Below are positions 57,742-64,000 of a stretch of 64,000 nt of DNA, one piece after another. Position numbers and translations under genes: made by a program. This DNA comes from Terriglobia bacterium. Lineage in GTDB: Bacteria > Acidobacteriota > Terriglobia > JAJPHL01 > JAPKYU01. How positions within the stretch are numbered: the first letter of the stretch is position 1; the number at the start of each line of letters is the position of its first letter. The stretch is taken from positions 800,001 to 864,000 of the forward strand of contig CBDBKE010000003.1 in assembly GCA_965206645.1 (NCBI GenBank), written 5' to 3'. The notes beneath the pieces are model-generated. The model saw only the letters and a program-made list of their open reading frames with translations, was not told where the DNA came from and searched no databases.

Positions 57742-58506
57742 TCAGGCGCGAGGCTTTCCGGAACGCCTTCGTTTGCTGTCCTTGAGCCGGCAACTTTCCC
57801 CGTTCATCTCCAGGATGTGGACATGGTGGGTGAGACGATCCAGCAGGGCTCCGGTCAGCCGCTCCGATCCGAAGGCCTCCGTCCATTCGTTGAACGGCAG
57901 GTTGCTGGTCACCACGGTGGCGCTGCGTTCGTAGCGCCGGCTGAAGACCTCAAACAGCAACTCCGCCCCAGTCTTGGATAGCGGCACGAAACCCAGCTCG
58001 TCAATGATCAACAGCTCGAAACTGGAGAGCATCTTCTGGAACCGCATCAGGCGCCGCTCGTCCTTGGCCTCGATCAGCTCATGCGCCAGGGAGGCCGCCG
58101 TAGTGAACCGGACCCGGAACCCTTTCTGACAGGCGGCCAGTCCCAGCGCCAACGCAATGTGGGTTTTTCCCGTGCCCGAGTTCCCTAAAGCCAGGATGTT
58201 CTCCTTGCGTTCGATGAACTCGCCTCGGGCCAGCTCGAGCACCAAGGCCTTATTCAGCGACGGAAGGGCCAGGAAATCGAAACTGTCGAGGCTCTTCACC
58301 ACGTCGAACCTGGCTTGGTGAATGCGCCGCTCGGTGGCGCGCCGTTCCCGGTCCAGCAGCTCCAGCTCCGTCAACCGCAGCAGGTAGCGCGGGAAGTCCA
58401 CGCCCTCGGCAGCGCACTGCTGCGCCACCTTGTCGTACTCACGCAAAAAGGTGGGTAATTGCAGGGCCTTCAGATGGTGTTCCAGCAACACCTGGGGCGT
58501 GTCCAT
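57742..58506 (-). CDS. istB: IS21 helper ATPase IstB
   Basis: GNSGTGKTH Walker A, LLIIDELG, TSNLPF, LLDRLTHH. Confidence 0.95.
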   Translation of the reverse strand: MDTPQVLLEHHLKALQLPTFLREYDKVAQQCAAEGVDFPRYLLRLTELELLDRERRATERRIHQARFDVVKSLDSFDFLALPSLNKALVLELARGEFIERKENILALGNSGTGKTHIALALGLAACQKGFRVRFTTAASLAHELIEAKDERRLMRFQKMLSSFELLIIDELGFVPLSKTGAELLFEVFSRRYERSATVVTSNLPFNEWTEAFGSERLTGALLDRLTHHVHILEMNGESCRLKDSKRRRSGKPRA

Positions 58507-59474
58507 CAGCAGACTCCTTCCCGGAGCAGGGTCAGATAGTCGGCGGCGGCTGTGGTGGCCACCTGCGTCGCCGGCAGGTGCGGATAGTGCTCCAGGTCCA
58601 GCCGCGCCGGCCGCTGCTCGATCCGGCCCAGCAGCAGATGCTTGACCGCGTCAGACCAGATCGCCCCCAGCCGCAAGGCGTCCTCGACGGCCAGCGACAC
58701 TTCCGTCCAACGGAACGTCTCCAGCCGTCGCAGGACCTGCACATACTCCCGCTTGCCCTTCTTGCCTAACCGCGCCTCCATCAGCCGCCGCAGTTGCGCG
58801 AAGCCTTCCGGCAACTCCCAGCCGGCCAGGGGGGCGGCCTGGTTCAACGCGTTCGGCTTCTGCTCCAGCAGCGCCAGATAGTGCAACGGATCGAAGATCA
58901 TCTCTTCCCGTTCCTAGCTCCGGACATGGCGTGCGATCACTTCGCTCGCTGCACAGATCACCACTTCCTCGACGAATCCCTTCACCAGCACCTCCCGGTG
59001 CCCCCAAGCCACCGGCACCGAATAGTCGTTGGATCGATACCGCACCAGCGACAGTGACGTCACCCGTGTGGTCCGTTTGTCGCAGGCCTCATAGGGCGTC
59101 GCCGGCAGGGGCAGCAGCCTCTGTTGATCCTTCGCGAACCGCTCGCCGATCGTCTCTTGATGTCCTCGCAGACGCCGCTCTCGCCGCCGGGTGCACTGTT
59201 CCCGCAGCTTCGCGTGCAACTCCTCCCAGCTGGCACACCGCGGCACCGGCACCAGGAAGTTCCGCCGCACGTAACCCACTAGTCCTTCCACTTTCCCTTT
59301 GTCATTGCCCTTGCCCGGTCGTCCGAACTTCTCCGCAAACAGGTAGTGACTCTGCAGTTCGGAGAACGCCCGCGTCTTGTTCCGTGTTCCGTCACCCAGG
59401 ATCTGCCTCACCGCCAGCTTGGTGTTGTCGTACAGGATCGTGCGAGGCACTCCGCCGAAGTAGCCGAACGCCTG
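58506..59474 (-). pseudogene. istA: IS21 transposase IstA, 5'-truncated, with a nonsense codon at 58914-58916
   Basis: ILYDNTK, GNDKGKVEG, YSVP; RS*EREEMIFDPLHYL. Confidence 0.9.
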
Positions 59475-59567
59475 TGACCAGACCGATTTTTTGTACCAAC
59501 CGTAGTGAGAGTTTACATCGCAGCCTGGGGCTGTGAAACTGGTTTCAGTGGCAGGGGAGGGCTATAG

Positions 59568-60925
59568 AGTCTGTGTGAAAACCGCTCTTGCGAGTCACGT
59601 ATAATGCGCCTTAAGGGGGCGCGATGAAATTCTTGACCTACAACCCGGAGCAAGCGTATCTGCTACCGCCCAGCGTGCGGGAGGTGCTGGGAGAAGATCA
59701 CATCTGTTTTTTTGTGCACCAAGTCGTGGAGCGGCTGGAACTGAGTGCGTTTGAGCAGGGCTACGTGGAAGAAGGCCGCCCGGCCTATCATCCGGCGCTG
59801 TTGCTGAAGGTGTGGCTGTATGCCTACGCGCTGGGCGTGACCTCGGCCCGCCGTCTGGAACAGCGGGTGCGGGAGGACCTGGCGTTCCGTTATCTGGCGG
59901 CCGGAGCGGGGCCGGACTTTTGGACGCTGAACCAGTTTCGGACGCGGCACGCCCGTGCCCTGAACGATCTGTTCACACAGGTGGTGGAGTTGGCGCGGTC
60001 GCTGGGGATGGGGCGGCTGGGACACGTGGCCATGGACTCGACGCGGGTGGCGGCCAACGCCTCGCAGGACCGGGTGGAGACGGTGGCCAAGTTGAGGGCA
60101 GAGCGAGCCAAAATTCGGCGGCAGATTCGTCGCTTGCAGAAACAATGTGACACGCAGTCCTGCGAGGAAGCGGCTGGCCAGCAACTGAGCGGCAAGCAGA
60201 TGGCAGCGCTGGAGAAGCGGCTGGAAGAAATCCCGCGATGCCTGGAGCGGTTGCGCAAAAGCGGGCTGAAGCGGCGTTCGGAAACCGATCCCGACAGCCG
60301 GTTTTTGCCGACCGCAAGGGATTCACGCTGGGTTACACGGCGGAGGTGGCGGTCAGCGAAGATCATCTGATTGTCGAGCAGCACGTGGGGCAAAACGCCA
60401 CCGACAACGCGACGCTGGTCCCTCTGGTGGAGGCGGTCGAGCGGCACTGCCGGGAACGCCCGCGAAGGTCAGCGCCGACAGCGGCTTCTTTTGTGGAGAC
60501 CATCGTGGAAGCCCAGCGTGGCCGACGTCTATGTGCCCGACTCGAACTTGGCGCGGGAACTGAACCGAGGCCAACGCGCGCCCGGAGCACCTGCTGTACG
60601 GCATCCGGAACATCGGCGAATGCGACGCAAGCTGCGCGACCCGGCCGGCCGGGCGGTTTATCAGCGGCGCAAGGCGATCGTGGAACCAGTGATCGGGGTT
60701 TTGAAAGAACAGCGTGGAATGCGGCAGTTCCGGCGGCGGGGCCTGGAGAAGGTCGCGGTGGAGTTCGCGCTGGCCGCAACGGCCTTCAACCTCACCCGCC
60801 TGTGGCGCAACAAACCGAAGCTAAATCAGGAAGGCTAGTTCAGCAGACTCCCGGACCGGCGACTCGGCGAAGATCGAAACACCAGAATTCTGGAGCGAAT
60901 CATGAGATTTCCAGCCAGCTAAACC
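59568..60925 (+). mobile_element. IS1182-family element inserted in IS3 copy 2
   Basis: Left end (G)AGTCTGTGTGAAAA; flanked by the 11-bp direct repeat GAGGGCTATAG; the right IR is not clean. Confidence 0.8.
59624..60838 (+). pseudogene. IS1182 transposase with multiple frameshifts
   Basis: GRPAYHPALLLKVWLYAY, AMDSTRVAANAS, TDPDSR, YQRRKAIVEPVIG..K..RGMRQF spread over three frames. Confidence 0.88.
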
Positions 60926-61757
60926 GAGGGCTATAGGCCCCCGGCGCCGGGGGCCTATAGGCGAGCGCCGAGTGCGGCCGCACCGTGTTGTATTGCACCC
61001 TCCACTGTTCAATCACCACCTGTGCCTCCTTCAACGAGTAGAAGATCTCTCCATTCAGGCATTCGTCCCGCAGCTTCCCATTGAAACTCTCGCAGTACCC
61101 GTTCTCCCAGGGACTGCCCGGTTCGATGTACAGTGTCCCGGTCCCTAGATTTGCCAACCACTGGCGCAGTTGTTTGGCGATGAACTCGGGACCATTGTCG
61201 GATCGAATCTGTTCCGGTATCCCTCGCCACAACATCACGTCCGACAACGCCTCAATGATTTGTTGGCTGCCCATCCTCCGCTCCACCCGGATCGCCAGGC
61301 ATTCCCGCGTGTACTCATCCAGCAAGGTCAGCAGCCGCAGCGTTCTCCCCTCGTGCGTTCTGGCACTCATGAAGTCGTAGCTCCACACGTGGTTCGGTCG
61401 CTCCGGCCTCAGTCGTACACAGGAACCGTCGTTCAGCCACAGCCGTCCTCGCGGCCTTTGTTTTTGCGGCACTTTCAGCCCTTCCCGCCGCCAAATCCGC
61501 TGCACCCGGTCCTTGCCCACTTCCCAGCCCGCACTCCGCAGCAACGCTGTGATCCTCCGGTAGCCATATCGCCCGCACTTCGCTCCCAGGGCAATGATCG
61601 CTCGGGTCAGAGCATCCTCGTCCACCCGATGAATCGGCTCGTATCGTTGTGTCCCTCGCCATTGCCCTAGCAGCCGGCAGGCATGCCGTTCCGACAACCC
61701 GTGTTGCTCCCACGCACGCTCCACCGCACAACGCCGCCGCTCAGGGCTCAGAAGTTT
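60900..61757 (-). CDS. IS3 OrfB (copy 2), C-terminal tail altered by IS1182
   Basis: WSYDF, SDNGPEF, NGYCESFN: DDE intact. Confidence 0.85.
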   Translation of the reverse strand, partial: KLLSPERRRCAVERAWEQHGLSERHACRLLGQWRGTQRYEPIHRVDEDALTRAIIALGAKCGRYGYRRITALLRSAGWEVGKDRVQRIWRREGLKVPQKQRPRGRLWLNDGSCVRLRPERPNHVWSYDFMSARTHEGRTLRLLTLLDEYTRECLAIRVERRMGSQQIIEALSDVMLWRGIPEQIRSDNGPEFIAKQLRQWLANLGTGTLYIEPGSPWENGYCESFNGKLRDECLNGEIFYSLKEAQVVIEQWRVQYNTVRPHSALAYRPPAPGAYSPRFSWLEIS

Positions 61758-62026
61758 CCCTGTGCCACATCCCGCAGCACCTGCTTCTCCAGAGAAAGCT
61801 TCGCTACCAACCGCTTCAGCCGCGTGTTTTCCTTCTCCAACTCCTTTAGCCGTTTTGCCTGCACCACCTTCAGCCCGCCGTATTCCTTCCGCCACCGGTA
61901 GTAGGTTTGGGTGTGGATTCCAGCTTCTTTGCAGGCTTGGGGCGCAGTCTTCCCGTTCCCCATCTGCACTTCTATCTGCCGTAGCACCGCTACAATCTGC
62001 TCCGGCTTGTAACTCCTTGTCGGCAT
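61748..62026 (-). CDS. IS3 OrfA (copy 2)
   Basis: Nearly identical to 54739..55017. Confidence 0.9.
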   Translation of the reverse strand: MPTRSYKPEQIVAVLRQIEVQMGNGKTAPQACKEAGIHTQTYYRWRKEYGGLKVVQAKRLKELEKENTRLKRLVAKLSLEKQVLRDVAQGNF

Positions 62027-62093
62027 GACCTCACTTCCTCCTCAAGTGGATTCTCTCTCTTTCCACTTGGTACAAAAAGTGCCGGTCAGGTCA

Positions 62094-62510
62094 GCGAAGC
62101 CTTTAGTTTCGACGATTAGCGAGCACTTAGAAGTGATCTTGTGGAAGCTCCTTGTGAATCCCGCAATGTCTATTTTGCCTCCAGCAACTGGAAATTCAAC
62201 TTTGAGCTTCCGCTCAGCCCATCCCAACGAAAGCAAAAGAGGAAGCACAAGAAACGAGCACGTTTCATGCTCACAGACTTCGGCCCAGTCACAGTAGTTG
62301 TAGTAGTAGTCAGCCAGGAGTCTGATTCGTCGGAACGTATTCGTTAGCTCCTCCGCAGCATCCGGGCGTAGCCCCTCCGCGGCAAAATGTGGCAGGTGAT
62401 GCTCATTCTGGTCGGCTTGGTGGCGAGCATCTGCCGGGCCGAATATGTTCCCCTGACTTGGCCAGAACTCGTCCTGGATCTGATCGCCTTTCACGATCCG
62501 ACTTTGCATG
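62094..62510 (-). pseudogene. Internal fragment of a PD-(D/E)xK nuclease (HsdR_N-like), cut by IS6 and IS3
   Basis: EHETCSFLVLPLLLSLGW...EFPVAGGKIDIA...LIVETK matches the E..T....I.PLL..LGW / D / ExK pattern. Confidence 0.6.
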
Positions 62511-62536
62511 GGCTTTGTCAAGTTAAGGCAGAATCA

Positions 62537-62680
62537 GGTAGTGGGCTACTTTGAATCCGCAGGAGCTGTCGTAGCGGCGGCCTTTAGGCCGCCATGGGTC
62601 TTGGCAGTCTGAAGCCTGCCGCTACGCCAACAACCCGTGGCAGCCTGAAGCGTCCAAAAGGATCAAAGTAGCCCACTACC
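62537..62680. mobile_element. 144-bp MITE inserted in the IS6 left end
   Basis: Perfect 18-bp TIR GGTAGTGGGCTACTTTGA; 8-bp TSD CAGAATCA at 62529-62536 and 62681-62688. Confidence 0.9.
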
Positions 62681-62702
62681 CAGAATCAGGCACAATTGGC
62701 GG

Positions 62703-63396
62703 ATGAAATCACAATATCGAGGGCATCGCTTTCCAGCTGAAACTATCAGTCACGCCGTCTGGCTGTACCATCGGTTCACGATGAGCTTTCGCGACGTCGA
62801 AGACCTGCTTGCTGAGCGAGGCAGCATCGTTTCTTACGAGGCAATTCGATATTGGTGTCTGAAGTTCGGGCCGGCCTATGCTCGCAATCTGCGGAGGAAG
62901 CAGGGGCGACTCGGCGACATCTGGCATGTAGATGAGCTCTTCATCAAAATCCGAGGTTAGCACTTCTATCTGTGGCGAGCTGTCGATCAGGATGGAGACG
63001 TAATCGATATTCTGGTTACCAAATGTAGAGATCGTCGAGCCGCTACGCGCTTCTTTCGTAAGATGTTGCAATATCAGAAACGACCACCCTGGCAACTGAT
63101 CACCGACAAGCTGCGCAGTTATAGGGCAGCGCATCGAGAGGTCTTTCCTGGCTGTCGTTCATCGCACCGGTCGATACGAGAACAACAGGGCTGAAGCCTC
63201 GCATCAGCCAACGCGTCAGCAAGAACGCCGGATGAGACGGTTCAAATCAATAGAACATACACAACGTTTTCTCTCAGTCCACGGCCCCATTCAGAACTTG
63301 TTCCGAGTCGGTCGTCATCATCTGAAAGCGCACCATCATCGACTCCTCCGCACCCGGGCTTTTTCCGATTGGAAAGAGATGACGTGCGCCTGTTGA
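62703..63396 (+). pseudogene. IS6 transposase pseudogene
   Basis: YRGHRFP..ISHAVWLY, WHVDE, LWRAVDQDG, ITDKL, NNRAEASH; stop at 62958-62960 plus a frameshift near 63150. Confidence 0.9.
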
Positions 63397-63461
63397 GTAA
63401 TTGCAAAACTCCATTCGTTTTCGGGAGAATCTTGCCTCGGCTCCGTTAACTTGACAAAGCC

Positions 63462-63566
63462 CTCTACGAAGCTCTTGACTTGCCCGGCCAGCCGCTTCTG
63501 CTCCTGTGCGTATTGCCCGGCCGGTTTGCCTAATTCGTCCGTCAATTGCTGCTCTAGCTGGGTCAT
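63462..63566 (-). pseudogene. MbeD/MobD-like mobilisation protein, 3'-truncated by IS6
   Basis: MTQLEQQLTDELGKPAGQYAQEQKRLAGQV resembles the MTELExQLxxAL N-terminus of MbeD. Confidence 0.45.
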
Positions 63567-63575
63567 AGATCTTCT

Positions 63576-63998
63576 TCAGCCGCGCTTCCACGCTGGCGAT
63601 CTGCGCGGTTTTATCTGTGACCTGCCGGGTGTAATCGTCGCGCTCGCGGCGATCCGCCCGCTGGCCGGATCGCCGAGCCATTCGTCCAGCTTCGACCACC
63701 GCCGCCCCGAGACGTTACGCACTGCGATGGCCACCGCCTTTTTTTGGCCGACCAGCACAACCAGCCGTCTACCGCGCGTCACGCCGGTGTAGAGCAGATT
63801 CCGCTGGAGCATGGCGTAGTGCTGAGTCAGCACGGGGATGACGACGGCGGGATACTCTGAGCCCTGGCTCTTGTGAATAGTTACGGCGTATGCGGGAACC
63901 AGCGTATCAAGCTCGCCGAAGCCATAAGCGACGGCGCGCCCGTCGAAACTCGCGTTCAGCTCCCCGGCATTGGGATCGACATCTTCGATATAGCCGAT
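63576..63998 (-). CDS. RecD2-like ATP-dependent helicase, C-terminal part (runs off the window)
   Basis: [28 protein letters not shown] motifs V/VI. Confidence 0.9.
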   Translation of the reverse strand: MGYIEDVDPNAGELNASFDGRAVAYGFGELDTLVPAYAVTIHKSQGSEYPAVVIPVLTQHYAMLQRNLLYTGVTRGRRLVVLVGQKKAVAIAVRNVSGRRWSKLDEWLGDPASGRIAASATITPGRSQIKPRRSPAWKRG

Positions 63999-64000
63999 GT

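Larger units (their letters stand above)
57552..59474 (-). mobile_element. IS21-family element, truncated by IS3 copy 2
   Basis: End TGTCAAGGGCGGAGTAAAACTAGACCA with the internal repeat GGCGGAGAGAAAGTAGACCA; istB plus a partial istA. Confidence 0.9.
59475..62093 (-). mobile_element. IS3-family element copy 2, inverted relative to copy 1 and interrupted by IS1182
   Basis: Near-identical to 54672-55921; removing the insert plus one DR restores 1250 bp. Confidence 0.95.
62511..63461 (+). mobile_element. IS6-family element (inactivated)
   Basis: Perfect 16-bp IRs GGCTTTGTCAAGTTAA / TTAACTTGACAAAGCC. Confidence 0.92.

Noticed and set aside
62042-62093. Shared C-terminus ADLTGTFCTKWKEREST in ORFs 53917..54723 and 62042..62521
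   Set aside because: Both frames simply read into the IS3 left end.
54667-62098. Recent transposition of the IS3 pair as a composite transposon
   Set aside because: The outer flanks (GAAGC / GCGAA) show no 3-4 bp target duplication.

Overview
A GC-rich bacterial window, most likely Acidobacteriota, judged from two secreted proteins with the TIGR03437-type C-terminal domain and a TIGR03436-type VWA protein. It has three parts. (1) 1-4136 is the end of a small integrative element next to the 3' end of tRNA-fMet: HTH genes, a frameshifted MT-A70 methyltransferase, an excisionase-like HTH, an RHH protein and a tyrosine integrase. (2) About 4.6-52.1 kb is chromosomal backbone: matrixin, CBS proteins, glpX, cobA-hemD, trpS, truB, S41, RDD, lptD, a flippase/methyltransferase/GNAT cluster, E2-lipB-lpdA, a REC-PilZ-coiled-coil protein, bioY, pyrE-like, a large TPR-like/VWA/PQQ operon and a phosphatase, plus one dead IS1380. 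(3) 52.1-64 kb is an IS graveyard around tRNA-Arg(UCU): an IS1380 end, IS1595 with a pyrF passenger, two inverted IS3 copies, IS21, IS1182, IS6 carrying a 144-bp MITE, and mob/RecD2 remnants. The most notable points are two intact genes that have lost catalytic residues (GlpX and S41), the REC-PilZ-101-aa-repeat protein, two frameshifts in C runs, an unexplained rod-like intergenic hairpin, a REP-carrying MITE, and recurrent 11-21 bp tandem duplications. No CRISPR array or rRNA was seen. All family calls come from motif recognition by eye, with no database searches.
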